Shown: positions 13,007 to 27,440 of the stretch, one piece after another
How positions within the stretch are numbered: position 1 is the first letter of the stretch
Layout of the letters: each line of letters begins with the position of its first letter
Assembly: GCA_964016885.1 (NCBI GenBank)
Contig: OZ024746.1
Coordinates: 13,268,001 to 13,332,000, forward strand
DNA from: Eledone cirrhosa
Taxonomy: Eukaryota
Direction of reading: 5' to 3'
DNA: 64,000 bases
The notes under the pieces: generated by a model
Seen by the model: only the letters and a program-made list of their open reading frames with translations
Told to the model about the DNA's origin: nothing
Database searches by the model: none
Position numbers and translations under genes: made by a program

Positions 13007-13196
13007 GGGCGGTGGATGGCAGTATCGGTAGAGGGTCTGACGCCATGCTTTGCAGCAAAGAGTTACGGCCCTTGCCATTCTGAGTTCAAATCCCGCCGAG
13101 GTTAACTTTGTCTTTCATCCTTACAGGGTTGATAAAATAAAGTACCAGTAATACACTGGGACAATTGCTGGCCTTGTGCCAAAAATAGAAACAATT
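13007..13196 (+). mobile_element. tRNA-derived SINE family A, full length with TSD
   Basis: A-box-like tggcagtatcggtag, B-box gagttcaaatcc, core ctttcatcctt...gataaaataaagtaccag. 16-bp TSD attattttatcgtttt at 12989-13004 and 13194-13209. Confidence 0.9.
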
Positions 13197-14142
13197 ATTT
13201 TATCGTTTTGAAAACAATGAAGCTAAGCTGAAGATCATTTGTAATTTTCAGTGATATATTTAGATTTTAATGAGTCCAAACTGCTATGCTTAACCATTTG
13301 ACTTTCTCCTTGGACTTTCTTATACACAGATCATCTTACTGATTACATAGAACTGTATTACTTAGCAGTAAATTATTTGTACTAATAGGCTCTAACCTCT
13401 TTATTTCTTGTTTGCTTTTAGCTCTAAAGCTACCGCATATGTAATATAACCATCTGTTTCCTTACACAACTATTTAAACATCTTACTACAATAATCAACT
13501 CTTTGACAGCTAAATAAACAATCATTTAAGTAATTAGTGCCCCATTCTGATAGCAGTAAATTACTGTATAAATTTAGAAATATTTGGTAGTGTCTTTCTT
13601 TTAATTTCTGGTCAATATCGTTTCTGTTAAATTAGATTCACAAAATTTCATTTGTCCAGTCTGAATTATCGACAGCCTGTTTGAAAAACATACGTTGTGA
13701 CAACTGATTTGTTTCTACATCAGTTTCTACATCAGTATGGTATTAATGAACACATTTTACACATTTTACTTAACCTATGATTGCAGTATTTACTTATGTA
13801 TAACATTCAATGAAAATTATATTTTTAACTTCCAACTCATCAGTACTTGATAAATGTTAATATATTTTATTCTAAGTTACTGTAATTAGTTGGCAGTATA
13901 TAGCTCTCCACTAGATAACTGAAACCTTTCGTTTATCAATAAATTGTAGATACTAGGAAGAACATTCAACAGTAAAGATAAACATTCTCATCTAAACATT
14001 GAAACAAAGCTACTAATAAAATAAATTCTTTTCAGATTATTTTAGGTGTATCAGTTAATATAAGTTTGTTAGTTCTGTTTACAGATATTTTAGTGATAGG
14101 GGGATGATAAAACAATTTTAGATCATAAAAATCTTATCCAAC

Positions 14143-14178
14143 CAAATAGAGATGGAACTTTATAAGTGATGTTAGATA
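14143..14178 (-). CDS. Possible 36-nt microexon, (V)SNITYKVPSLF
   Basis: Good acceptor tgtttggttttttag and phase 1-1 open frame, but a weak donor G|gttgga. Confidence 0.25.
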
Positions 14179-16766
14179 CTAAAAAACCAAACACAGAAGC
14201 ATGAACTATGAATAGATATAACATTCTGGAGAGTTTAAAAATACAAACAGAAAAAAAAGAAATGAAACAATATTGCAAAATATCTGAAAGTATTAAATAG
14301 TAAATGTGAGTAAATATAAAATATAAAATCACAAAAGTGAGCAGAAAATGTCAGTATTGCAGGTACAACGATGGAAATTTTTACACCAATTACTGTGACC
14401 TTTTTTTTTTTTTTTTTTGTGCAATATTTTGAGGAATAAGTGGAAGAAACTTGCAAAAGAGAAAAGCTGAGTAAGATATGGGAAGGAGCTGTAAAGAAGC
14501 TGAACCTCACAAACAAAGCAACAAGAAATGATAAGTAATAAGATGAGACTCCTTTACAAGCATAGACAAAATGATGGTGATGATTTACCAAATTGAATAA
14601 TTTAAATCAGTATACGATTTGCTAGAAATAACAGCCAAATTCCCTTCAATCACAAAACAAGGTTTTCAAAAAGACAGGAAGATTATGGCTAGAAAGTCTT
14701 TAATGATGTCTACTCATTAGGGCTGAGCTAAACAACATCCATATCACTAAATTATTACATATATACTATGTACTAATAGTATCAGCCAACAATACAAAAT
14801 TGTTAATTGTTGTATTATATGAGATTCCCATTACATTCTAGTTTTAATTAACTTAAATTCTGGGATTATCTCTGCTGCCTTTCTTAACCAAAATTAATCA
14901 ATGATATAATGATTTATTCTCTTCACTATAGGTGTAATTTTAATTTTAATTTGGTGACTCATGACATAAAGTATATTAGTATCCATTTTACTATTTCTAA
15001 ATACTTAATTTTACTAATAGATGGCTTAGACAATTGAAACCTTAAATAAACTTTTCTGCTGCTTGATAAAATACTATTGCTTCATGTTACATCATGTTAC
15101 AACAATATATAGAAAAAAATTACTTCTAAGTATGCAAATTTGTAAACTCCAGGTGTTATTAAAATATTGCTGAACATCCTTAGATTACATAAGATAGAAC
15201 TGGAACAAATGTAGATATAAAACAAGAAAGACAAAAAGAGGGAAGCTTCACACTTTATGAATAAATTAAGATATACCATATATACTCATAAGATGATCCA
15301 AATATAAGCTGACCCCTAATTTATGTCTGAGAAATAGGCAAAAATCCAAACCCCATTTATAAGCTGAGACAGGTAATCAACACATTATATTTTAGATGGT
15401 ACAGTTTTGAAATTCTCATGAGTGAAGAATATATTTATGAATTTTTTAATATTTTGACATCTAACATATTTTAAGTATCATTTAGAGTATAGTTTTTGTT
15501 TCACAACTCCATTACACAATGATTTGTTTACCATTTCATCCGTTTTATAAAGTTCCAAGAAGTTTCTTGAATTATTGTATACTTCCTTTTAGCAGACAAC
15601 AATAGCACCATCTTTCAAATATAACATGTTTTTATTTAATACACATATTGAATAAAATGAGTGCCTTAACAGATTTGGAAACCATTTAACATCCTACAAA
15701 AATGTTTGCAAAGTTATTTAAGTTTTATATAGTAATAACAGATCATCTGTATAAATGCAAATCAAGTGGAACATATATTAAATGAAAATTACACCCTGAA
15801 TTGAACTGTTATTGGACTAGGCCATCTTTGAAAGAATTAGTTTATGCACTTACTAAATGGAAAATTGACAACCATTTTAAGTTAGTTAACTTATTTAAAT
15901 CTCATTTGTTAGCCATTGCACAATGTAGAAAAAGATAAGAGGGATTGACACAATTTTAATACATTATTCATATTTGGCTTATCAACTGAAGAGGATGAAT
16001 AGAGTCTCTTACAGACAATTGGATGGTAAAAAAAAAAGATATGGATGAGATATGAGCTATTCATAACCATCTTTATCATCTGCTATAATCTAGTAATATT
16101 ATAATAATACTGCCTTCAATTGAGATGAAATTATATGATGAAGAATAATAACAATGAGATTTCCATTCAAGCTGTAAATATAACACATAGCAGTTCCAGA
16201 TTTTACTTATCAGAAATATTAACCCTTTTGGTACCAAACTGCCCTAGTTATAAAATACAAAACTGCATAGTTTAAACTTTCAATCATAATTCTATGCAAT
16301 AACCTTTGTTCTAAACACCAGCTTTATAAAGAGAAAGTTAGTTAGTTAGTTAATAAATCTCTCCAGGTTCTTGATTATTTTCAAATATTTGAAAATAACA
16401 GGCAGTGTCTTTTATTTGAAATATGGTAACAAAAATGTTAAGAAACTTTGTTTAACGCTTTAGCATTTAAACCAGCTGTATCTGGCCAGAATTCTTTCCC
16501 CTTTTTGAAACTGTTCTTAAAATAAACAATAACATCATCAGAATCTCATAGACTCGAGATTATGTGAGATAAAACCTTTACCATGAATATACAATAGTAA
16601 ATATAGAAGAATGTAAATGCTAAAAGGGTTGATATTATTTCTGATAAGTATACTTTCTTAATATTAGTCTTGGAAAACTTTAATCAACGAATAAATAAAT
16701 ATATAAAATAATAATTGAAATCTTTCATAAATAAAACACCATGCTTAACAGCAATACAGTACCTAC

Positions 16767-16805
16767 CCTCAGGTTCTGGTGGTGGAGGTGGTGGCAGATT
16801 GTTCT
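16767..16805 (-). CDS. 39-nt microexon, (E)NNLPPPPPPEPE
   Basis: Acceptor ...aacaaccag, donor G|gtaggt. Phase 1-1, a GC-rich island in AT-rich intron encoding a polyproline run. Confidence 0.7.
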
Positions 16806-17534
16806 CTGGTTGTTATATGATGAACAAAGTAACCAACACAAAGAAGAAATTATTTAAATATATTTTCAGTAATGAGAACATTAACTCAAAATAATCAGTT
16901 ACTCAAAATATTAATCAATAATTTTACATTAGGACAAGTATGCTAAACCACAGACACACACTCTCTCTCGCTCTCTCTAAACTCAAAATTCACTTCAATA
17001 GTGCCATTTCCATCTTAATATAGAGCACAGAGAGATGGAATAAATACCACAAGGCATTTGATCTGGCGTTCTAACAATTCTACTAATTCAAATATACTCC
17101 TGTCATGATACACTCCTTATAAATAAATATTCCAACTTTCAAAACAATTCCAAGCAAAGTTAGAAAGAAAACAAATTTGATTCATATGTTTTGCTAAATT
17201 AATTGCAAGTGTTCATTTGAAGAAATGGGGCTCAAGTTGTCGACCTCCTCGGGGGTCATGGAAACTGATCACTGATCTTTGATCTTGATCAGGTGAACGA
17301 CGACAATCTGAGACAGCAACAGTCTCATATGCAAGATGATGTGAAGAAATAAATATTTATGTTTATGTGTTGAAATATTTGTCAGTTTAACATAGTTTTT
17401 ATCAAATTTGCAATGTTTTAAACATCAAAGAATTGTTGAAATAACGGAATGAATCTCCATTTTTCTTTGAAGTTTAAATAAAGTAGAACAAAATTAAGAG
17501 AAAAACAACATGCTAAACATTAACATTTACCTAC

Positions 17535-17564
17535 CGTATACAACAGTTTGTTGAATTTCTTGTT
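17535..17564 (-). CDS. 30-nt microexon, (E)QEIQQTVVY
   Basis: Acceptor ttttttctttctttaaatttaattag, donor G|gtaggt. Phase 1-1, open. Confidence 0.65.
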
Positions 17565-20500
17565 CTAATTAAATTTAAAGAAAGAAAAAAGGGTTAGCAG
17601 TGTTTTGATATATTGCAGATGTTTCTACAATCCTTATAATTACTGTACACAACAGATTTCTAAATACTTGTTGACTGCATGACATCTTTAACCCTTTTGA
17701 TACCAAACTACCTGAAACCACTCTGGATTTACAATACAAAAATGCTCATTTTAAAATGTTCATACTTAATATTAAAACCTCTCATAGTTTTATTTAAGAA
17801 ATTTTTGTTAAGTAATGTTTTAAATATCAGCTCACTAATGTTATTCAACTGATTTCCTCCAAGTGTTTAGAAACGCACAGGCAGTGTATTTCATTAGAAA
17901 TATGGGAATGAAAAGGTCAAGCATCATGGTAAAAATTACAAAAGACCTCAACATATTCTCAGATTATGTAATTTATTCAGAGGAAACTAGATTGAAAATT
18001 ATTTCTTATTGTGTGAAATGGGTGAGCAACACAATTTTGATAAGAGTTTTAAAGAGGGGCAATATCCATGTCATTTGAAAACTCTTCCATGTCAAAATAA
18101 AATAAAAATTATAATAATCTAACTCTTAGTGTCCTGTACCACATGAAACTGCATTATCAAGATTTTCTTTAAAAAATATAAAACAGCACTGTGAGTGTAT
18201 CACATTAGACGTTAAAGTCTTTGTTACAAAGCAGCACTATAAATGCATCACATTAAAAGTTAAAGTCTTTATTATAATACTACAAATTTTCACAAGGATC
18301 TGTCCACTAGTAAAGATACTATACCATGAAATTTTGAATTAGATATTTTCTGCTAAATCATTATAGGATGTTAAGGGTTAAATCAAAATACAAATAACAA
18401 ACATCAGCTGAAGAAAAGCCTTCTCTGGTTTCCTAACCTCCCAATAGACTAATGGAGTCAAAATCAACAGTACATAACATTCAATTTTTCTTCTCATCAT
18501 TGTCGTTCACTACCCAATTTTCTTCTTATGTTGTTCTAACTTCATTATCCGGAACCAATAATGAAGAGTTTAATGTTGATAATTTTGAATTAGCTATTTC
18601 TAAAACATTTGATAATAGGTTAGCAAACATATCAATTAACTGGGTCTGCTTGACCAGAGCTAACCAACAGCAACAACATACCAATTTAGTTCTCGATTCT
18701 ATTTTTAATTTTCAACATTTACTCTAAATATACCTTTTCACTGGGTCATTAAGGACAAGTCATGCTTCATAAATATACTTTTCTTCAACACATCCAGTTG
18801 TCTTTATCACTCTTCCTACATTTATTATTATAGCTTTCATGATCAAACCCATTTGCTATAGTATACAATTAAACCCTCTCTGACCCCTATTAATACATTA
18901 TTTCCTTTCTTTTGCTATACATTGACTTACAGGCTTCACTTTCAGTCCATTTATTATAATTGATTGGAAAACATTTGGATATACTTTTTCTCATTATCAC
19001 TGAATACCTAATAAGTAAAAAATGCTGATATAAAAACTAAAAAGAAAAAATGACCAACTCAACACCATCACTGTTTAACATCTATTTTCCCCGCTTGCAT
19101 GGATTAAACAGATTGTAACGTTAAGAGAGGTCAGATGGCCACGTCTTGCTCTTACATTCTGTTTTTGTCTTGGTTTTCTATGGTTGGTTGCCCTTCCTTC
19201 ACATTAAATTATATTTGAAATATAAATGCCACTAAATGACTATGAAAGAAAACTTAACATTACAAACATTGAAAAGATTGCCAACATTTGAAGGAGGCAC
19301 ATAATTGACATTTATTATTAAACAAAAAAAAATAGTGATGTCAATAATTTTAATTTGGTTTTATATGACCCATATGACTCTTCATGATTTTAAAACTCAT
19401 GCCAAACAATAAAAAAAATCAGATATCAGATATCCAATAGTGTAGATTGAGCATTAAAACAAATAGTTGTTTTAAATGTGATTGTTTATAATTAATGTGT
19501 TAAAAGAACTTCAATTATCAAATAAGTCAGAAAATGTGTACAAAAGAAATTTAACATAAATGTAGTAGAGAATATATCTATTGTAGTAGAAGAAATGTTA
19601 GCTGACATTGCATATTGAATACACTGAACAAATGTAAACAGATATTATCTATACAATCTCTTTGCAGCCAAAAATAAAAGATACCTCTTTTTTCTGCCCA
19701 TCAGCTACAATATGTACTACTAAAATACATACACACTCTACTAGATTTTACATTGTCCAAAGCACATTGCTTAGTGCATGAATAATTGAATCAAATGAAA
19801 TTTAACCATAACATAAAGATAAAATATTCAAAAGCAGCTAGTGGTTAAAAAAATAGTAAATGAAAATACTGATTTCTATTGGAAAGAAAGAATAATCCTA
19901 ATATTCAAAAGTAAATATTAACTACATTTTTTTAATCAGAAAATAGTGAGTAGGAGTTGCAGTTGTAGAGATTGTGCTTTAAACTATTTCTGTGAAGGTT
20001 ATTAAACTACTTTTGTGCATAACTGCATGAGCACCTCTCTCCTTTGTCGATCTATCTCATTAAAATAATTTTCCATTACAATAATTTCAATAAATGCTCA
20101 AAGGACTATAAACGATTGACATTAATATAGTGCATTAAAATTATGATTTCCAATAGTAAAAAACTTTTCATTTAACCCTTTTGATATCAAGCTGCCTAAA
20201 ATTGCCCCTGAATCTACAACACAAAACTTGTATCCAATTTTTCTCTCCACTCATCTGTGCTGTATCATTTATGCACATTAAAATTACACAACCAAAGGAA
20301 CATGCTCACTGTTTCTCTTCTGTTTCTGCATGTCCTCTGCATTTACTGCTCATGTCTCACTGCCATGCAACAACATACTTCTCACAAAGGCGTCACACAT
20401 TCTACCTTTTTCTTGGAGAGAAAATCCCTTTGTTGTTCTTATTCTAGCTAGTATTCTTTCAAAGAAACTTTCTCTACTGCCAATTAGATCATCTAGATAA

Positions 20501-21139
20501 CAGAGACCATCAATTACTTCCATAGTACTTTACTTTATATCTCATAATAGAAATTAGTTCCTTACTTAATTCATAATATATCCAAATGGAGTTTGATCAT
20601 TTATCATATATGAGCAGACAGTTATTTACTCACACTACTAAGAAACTTTTTCAATACTTAAGTGAAATAAAATTCACAGACTAAATCCTTAAGATAATTT
20701 TGTCTTACTATTTATATTGTCTCCTTAAATGTAAGTAGTAAACTTTAATGGTTAGTGTTGAAAATAATGTGATCAAGCTCTAGTAAGAACACAAAGAAAA
20801 ACACTACAAGCTAGCTTGTGCAGTGATTATATGAGATGGGTGATAACATGATGTTATTTCTATTTCTGAATATAAACAAATCAGTTGACTTGCAATACTC
20901 TATAAAAATTAACTTATCAGATATAGCAAGAAATTTTCCAGAACCTGAAACAGTCAAATAATGATTTTGATACACTAGTAAAATAAAGACCAAGTACTAC
21001 CACAATGTTTGAAAATTCAATATACATCTCAATATAGATCATTTCTATGTCCTGTAAGCAAAGCAAGAGAGAGAGAGAGAGTATGTGTGTGTGTATTCTC
21101 ATTCAGCTAATGGTAGTGCAAGAAAAAGACAACATTAAA

Positions 21140-21355
21140 ATAGTAATTTCTCATTTAGACACACGTCCAGCAATTTTGGTAGAAGGGGAAAGTTGATCAT
21201 ACTGACACTAGTACATTACTGGTACATCATTTTATTGACCCGGAAGGATGAAAGGCAAAGTTAACCTCGGTGGGATTTGAAACCAGAACATAAAGGGTCA
21301 TAACAAAATACTGCAATGCTAATGACATGCTAATGATTTGACCAATACACCATCC
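21140..21355 (-). mobile_element. SINE family A, diverged
   Basis: ggatgaaaggcaaagttaacctcggtgggatttgaa motif. Confidence 0.8.
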
Positions 21356-21490
21356 TCAGAGTAGCAAAATAATAACCACAAGAAAATAATTGTTCAACCA
21401 AAATTTCAAGAATCTTATAATGTTAATAGTTGTCCTTCTTATAACAATGCTGATATTTTTTTCTATATCTACACTAACTATATCACATAT

Positions 21491-21808
21491 GTGAAGGCAC
21501 ATGGCATTGTGGTTAGGGTATTCAGCTCACAATTGTAAGGTTGTGAGTTTGATTCCCGGCGGCACATTATGTCCTTGAGCAAGACACTTTATTGCACGTT
21601 GCTCCAGTCCACTCAGCAGAAAAAAATGAGTTGTACCTGTAATTCGAAGGGTCAGCCTTGTTCTGTGTCACATTCTCCCTGAGAACAACATTAAGGGTTC
21701 GCATATCTGTGGAATGCTCAGCCACTTTCGCGTTAATTTCATGAGCAGGCTGTTCCGTTGATTGGATCAACTGGAACACTCGTCGTCATAACCAACGGAT
21801 TGCCAGTA
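21491..21808 (+). mobile_element. tRNA-derived SINE family B
   Basis: tggcattgtggttagg A-box, gagtttgattcc B-box, gtccttgagcaagacact core. A related fragment lies near 29680-29880. Confidence 0.75.
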
Positions 21809-22295
21809 TATTACATATATTTATCTAAATCTATTGACAACAGGTCAAGTTATACACCGTCATTAAGGATTTAAGAAAGTCCAAAGATATTGTTCTGGTG
21901 TTGTAAAAGATGAGTATTTTATAAGCTGTTAGGATGATCCTTGTTACTCATGACATATCTTATTATTTTAATTTGTTGAAGATGATCAAGGACAGCAACC
22001 TAAGGGATAAATTCTTGTTGGTATCAAGTTAATTGTAAATTGAGACTTACATAAATCCAATCTCAAAAGAAAGAAAATATAATAGATCACTGAAGATTCT
22101 GTTAGAAGTTTCATCCACCCTATCAGAGAAGAACTGTACCATCACATATAGAGTATATTGGATGATCATTAAGTTTACACCAAGAACATCTAAGCAAACA
22201 CTTTTTTGGATAAAAACATTATACACTGAGAATGTACAATAAAATTTAGATTCAAAACATCTTTGCAAATATCTAATCAGAAACTCATAATGATA

Positions 22296-22640
22296 ACTTG
22301 ATACGGCACAATGAAAATGACTTGATATGGCACACTGAAAATGACTCGATATGGCACAATAAAGATAACTTGATATGGCACACTGAAGTAACTTGATATG
22401 GCTCAGTGAAGATGACTCGATATGGCAGACTGATAACAACACGATATGACATAGTGAAGATGACTTCATATGACACAGTGAAGTGATTTGATATGACACA
22501 GTAAAGTGACTTCATATGACACAGTGAAGTGACTTCATATGACACAGTGAAGTGACTTCATATGACACAGTGAAGTGATTTGATATGACACAGTGAAGTG
22601 ACTTCATATGACACAGTGAAGTGACTTGATATGACATAGT
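22296..22640. repeat. 23-bp minisatellite (gacttcatatgacacagtgaagt)
   Basis: About 15 units, degenerate on the left and homogeneous on the right. Confidence 0.92.
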
Positions 22641-23905
22641 TTGACAAAAGAACTTATATGAAATTAATTTTTTAAAAAATAGCATTATAACAAAACCTTA
22701 TAAAAGAAACTTTGATAATTCAAAATTCCTCTCAATGACTTAATTCTGAATTTTGAAAAACAATGTTAACCCTTTAGCATTTACATTACTCTATATTTAC
22801 TATTGTATTTTCATGGTAAACACATAATATCTCACATAATATCGAATCTATGAGATTTTGATATTATTTATTTTGAGAACAATACCTTAACATCAGTATG
22901 AGTGGCTAGTTACAGCCAGTTTGAACAAAAAGAGGTGAAAAAATTCTGGCCAAATATGGCTGGTTTAAATGCTAAAGGGCTAAACAAAACAAAAATGTGA
23001 GTTTTGTGCTCAGAAGTTAGCTGATTAGGATATTCCACAAATGAATATTTTAAAAAATTAACATCACAAAAATATCAACCTGTTCAAGTATTATTACAAA
23101 AGAATGTAATAATTGATCTTGAATCTCATTAGTACAACATAGTTAATATGTTATAACACATGACTAACTTCACTTCTAAAAGAGAGTTAGCATAAGTTTA
23201 TTACCGGATCAGTTAGTTATATGAAATAGAATTAGTAAAAAACAGGAAATAGTGATGAAAATTAAATATATAGATAGACATATAAATTACTGATTTTTTT
23301 TGTCTGTCTATTTATCTTTCTCTCTCATAAAATAATAAATGGATATTTAAAGGGACATTTATAAAACAAAATATCGAGAACTTTCAATATAAAATATAGA
23401 ATAATACACAAAGCTCATACTTGTTTAACTGGTTTTGCCAAAATAGCAAGATAAATCAACAAAATATATTTCACCATATAAATAGACTCTACATAGGTTT
23501 ATTTCTGAATAAAAATAAAAATAAAATGATAATAATATAAGAGCCAGGAATTACTGAATTGACAAAAAAGTAATTTAAAAAAAACAATAGATTAATATTA
23601 CTGAGAAAATTGCTTTAAAAAAAATGCTAAAAAAAAAGAATATTAACGACTAAGTCATATTAAGCCTATAGTCACTGAGGTGAGAATGAAAGTAGATTGA
23701 AGAAAATAACACCTATAATGTGTGGTGAATGAATAAATGTTCCAGTGGTGAATGAATAAATGATGTTGTTGTTGAAATCTGTTACAAAAACTAAATGAAA
23801 TGAATTATATATATCTGAAAATATGATGTGACTGAAGAGGCAATAAATCAAAATCAAAAATCAAAACCAAAGTATCATGCATGTTGTCATAGACAGAATA
23901 CCTAC

Positions 23906-23935
23906 CACTATTCACAGTGGTTTCCATTTTGACTT
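23906..23935 (-). CDS. 30-nt microexon, (E)VKMETTVNS
   Basis: Acceptor cttttcttgctctag, donor G|gtaggtattc. Phase 1-1, no stop in the gene frame. Confidence 0.65.
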
Positions 23936-25543
23936 CTAGAGCAAGAAAAGTAATAACATATAAGTACATAAAAGGAAAAAAAATACATTTAAATACATTT
24001 TTAATACATATATATATGTTTCAAGAAAAGCATAGCATATTTGTGTAAACAATTGACTTGATACAATTCATCACAAGTACTTATTGTATAATACTGTACC
24101 AGGTGCACTTATTCTATCAATCTATCACAAGATGAAAGTTATATAAACCCAGCAGAAATTTGAAGACAAAACATTGAAGCATTCAAGTTGGCATTGTAAA
24201 AGAGCTGTAATCATTAACACAAATATTTATACAGTTTCATTAATTTTAAAATTGCAATATATTGAATTACATATAAGTGACAAAACATTTAGCTTTCTCC
24301 TGGACCTAAAAAAGAAGATAAACTCAAAAAAATATTCAAGATTATAACAGAACCAAATATTTGATATTATTTATATCAAAATATTAGCAATATATTTAAA
24401 AGTTAACTGAAAGCCACTAATTATAAAATATTTCAACTGTATTGATTGTCAGAGATTTTATAGACTAAAGCTAAAGCATCTCCATATCAGCTGACCAATA
24501 AAGTTACTTCTATATTATCAAACTCACCATGCAGTTAACAGATACAGCAACCAACCTAAGTCAATTATACATTGGCTTTATTTAAAATCTAAATAACTAC
24601 TGAAGTTTACCTCATCAAGATATGGTATTTTGATCAATAGTTTTGTCATCTCATTTTATATAATTCCATATTCCACAGAAATGTAGATGAACATCATCTG
24701 AGTTGTTAAAGTACCTGACTAAAAGTCAGAAATATTATTTACATGAATCTTTGCCACTGATATTACATTGCTTTGATTAAATACATTATTGGAAAGTAAC
24801 CAAATACTATCCAATTAATATTAAATATTTTTTAATATAACTGAATATTTTAACTTTAACATATAATATATATTATTGAAATTATAATATGATTAATAAA
24901 GCAATTCTAGTTAAATACATAAATATAAAAAATACTTTTTTTAAAAGCACTTTGTATATATCAGGTGGTGAGAGCTGATCTCAAATCTCTGAAGCTCACA
25001 AAGGAGATAACGAAGAAACGTGACAAGTGGAGAGATGCTATGCTGAAAAAGACCCATCTAACCCATACAAGCATGGAAAAGTAAGCGTGAAATAATACAC
25101 ACACACACACACACACACATGTATATATAATATAGAATTGGTTTTCATTTTATGTAGATATTGTAATAATTAGCAAAGATTTGGTCCATAAATAGTTAAA
25201 ATAAAATTCAAAACAAAGGAATTGACAAATAACTTATCTAAAATAATACATGGGCAAAATAATAACACAAAACATAAATATATTCATAATATAAAAATAA
25301 ATAAACAATTTTCTTAATTTCAAATTTAATAACACAATAAGAACATGTAAAAAGATATCATCTTACAAATAGCAACATCAAACTCTTTAAGTACAAAGCC
25401 TTCTCAATAATTATGTTCACTATACCTCATGGTTTATTTATAATTCCTATTAGAAGAGTATATTTATTATTTTATTAATTCTAATTCTAGAAACTTGCTA
25501 ATTCTGATATTTTTGCAATAGACTTTATTATCCACAATAAGGT

Positions 25544-25733
25544 AATAATTGTTTCTACTTTTGGCACAAGGCCAGCAATTACCCAGTGTATTACTGGTAC
25601 TTTATTTTATCGACCCCATAAGGATGAAAGGCAAAGTTAACCTCGGCGGGATTTGAACTCAGACTGTAAAGGGCTGTAACTCTTTGCGTCAAAGCATGGC
25701 GTCCGACTCTCTACCGATACTGCCAATCCACCA
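25544..25733 (-). mobile_element. SINE family A, young
   Basis: Near reverse complement of 13007-13196. Confidence 0.9.
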
Positions 25734-25837
25734 CAATAATAATCCACTATGCTATGCTTAGTCCCAGGTCATCCTGAGTAGAGTTATGGTCAAAAGTCTT
25801 CCAGCCATGACCATGCTATCAGTCTCTGAGGTATTGC

Positions 25838-25885
<48 letters not shown>

Positions 25886-26274
25886 TATACATATATACAT
25901 CATCACCATCATCATGTCCACTTTCCCTGCTAGCAAGGGTTGGACCAGTCTACATAGATCAAGTTAATAGTAGACCCATCCAACCCTTGCTATAAAAAAT
26001 TACATTATCAAATGTATCCTTCCTCTTTCAAAGTATGTCATTTGAAGATTTAGCTGCTATCCTTATAAGGTCAAGTGATCATACTAATAAGCCCTGTTTA
26101 GCAGAGCATGGCTTGAAATTAACTGGTCCACTGGACAGAAGCTATCTAGTAGATACCACATATGACAAGCAGGATCTCAGATTACACTGCATCTATTTTA
26201 TCCTTCTGTTATTATGTAGGCTGCAATATATATCAAGATAAGATTGTATCTATTGAGAAGTACACTCAGTTCTT

Positions 26275-26540
26275 GAATATTTGATGGTTTACATACTGAC
26301 AACTGGAGCCATATTTAGAATATTTGATGGTTTACATACTGACAACTGGAGCCATATTTAGAATATTTGATGGTTTACATACTGACAACTGGAGCCATAT
26401 TTAGAATATTTGATGGTTTACATACTGACAACTGGAGCCATATTTAGAATATTTGATGGTTTACATACTGACAACTGGAGCCATATTTAGAATATTTGAT
26501 GGTTTACATACTGACAACTGGAGCCATATTTAGAATATTT
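26275..26540. repeat. 43-bp minisatellite, about 6 perfect copies
   Basis: gaatatttgatggtttacatactgacaactggagccatattta repeated. Confidence 0.95.
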
Positions 26541-27224
26541 CATCACAGCCTAAAAGAGTTTAATATTCTGTATTTTTGTAGTTATTAACTTTATCATTAT
26601 CATCATCATCATCATAATAATTGTCTTTACATCAGCTTTTTCCATGCTTCCATGGGTTGTGACAAATATTTTGAGGCAGGTTCTCATGGCCAGATGTTCT
26701 TCCTCGCCTCAACCCATGCCTTACGTGTGGTATATTTCACTAGGTATTCATCATACGCCTACACTGCAGGACATATTGTTTATGGGGGACATAAAAAAAT
26801 GTCATTTCTCATTTTTCATAAACAATATCAATGTGATGTTTACAGTGTAGCATACACACACCACTACCACCATCACCATCATCATCATCATTTTTACATC
26901 TGCTTTCTACATTGGAATGGGTTGGACAGGTTGTCACAGTCTGAAACTAGATGGGTTGCAGCAACCTTTTCTTGTTCATACATTCCATATTTGACATGGC
27001 TTCTACAGTTGGATGCCTTTTCTAACACCAACCACCTAATAAAGTGTACTGGATGCATTTTTTTCATGACGCCAGCACTATCACATTGCAGAGTGGACTG
27101 GGTGCAACAGCACTTCCACTTTACAAGATAAGCAAGGTGCATTTTATTGTGGCGGCAGCACTAGAGATGCTGCCAGATGCTCGTTATATATATATATTTT
27201 AGCATACATGAATGGTACAGTATA

Positions 27225-27440
27225 AGTAAGCTGAAAAAATTTGGAATAAGTGGAATTGTATGCAGTGTGCAAGAGAGATAACTGCATTGGTTTAAGATGA
27301 TGTGAATGGAAGATGACTGTTGTATAAAGTGAAGAGAAATCTCCAGGAAGATACTGGATAAGGTTGTGAAGATCAACTGAACTTCACAATGGAGATGACA
27401 AAGGACCATGAGATTAGCAGCATGCTGTACTTGAGAAAAC
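27225..27440 (+). mobile_element. Decayed RTE LINE 3' ORF fragment; RTE tails also at about 24960-25095, 26600-27150, 37890-38070
   Basis: Similar to 40310-40550 (gtgtgcaagagaga..tgcattggt). Tails end in ...gcatggaaaa or (gat)n. Confidence 0.6.

Noticed and set aside
13007-13100. tRNA gene-like A/B boxes
   Set aside because: These are SINE heads: no complete cloverleaf, and they are followed by the SINE body and a TSD.
18433-19007. ORF 18452-18727 and a candidate exon near 18931-18999
   Set aside because: Stops on the gene strand in the larger block, an ambiguous acceptor and no recognisable similarity.
22050-22120. Candidate phase 1-1 exon ending at a gtaagt donor
   Set aside because: T-rich intron-like composition and an ambiguous acceptor; not enough support.
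26275-26540. CRISPR-like regular repeats
   Set aside because: Head-to-tail identical units with no unique spacers, in a eukaryotic context with no cas genes.
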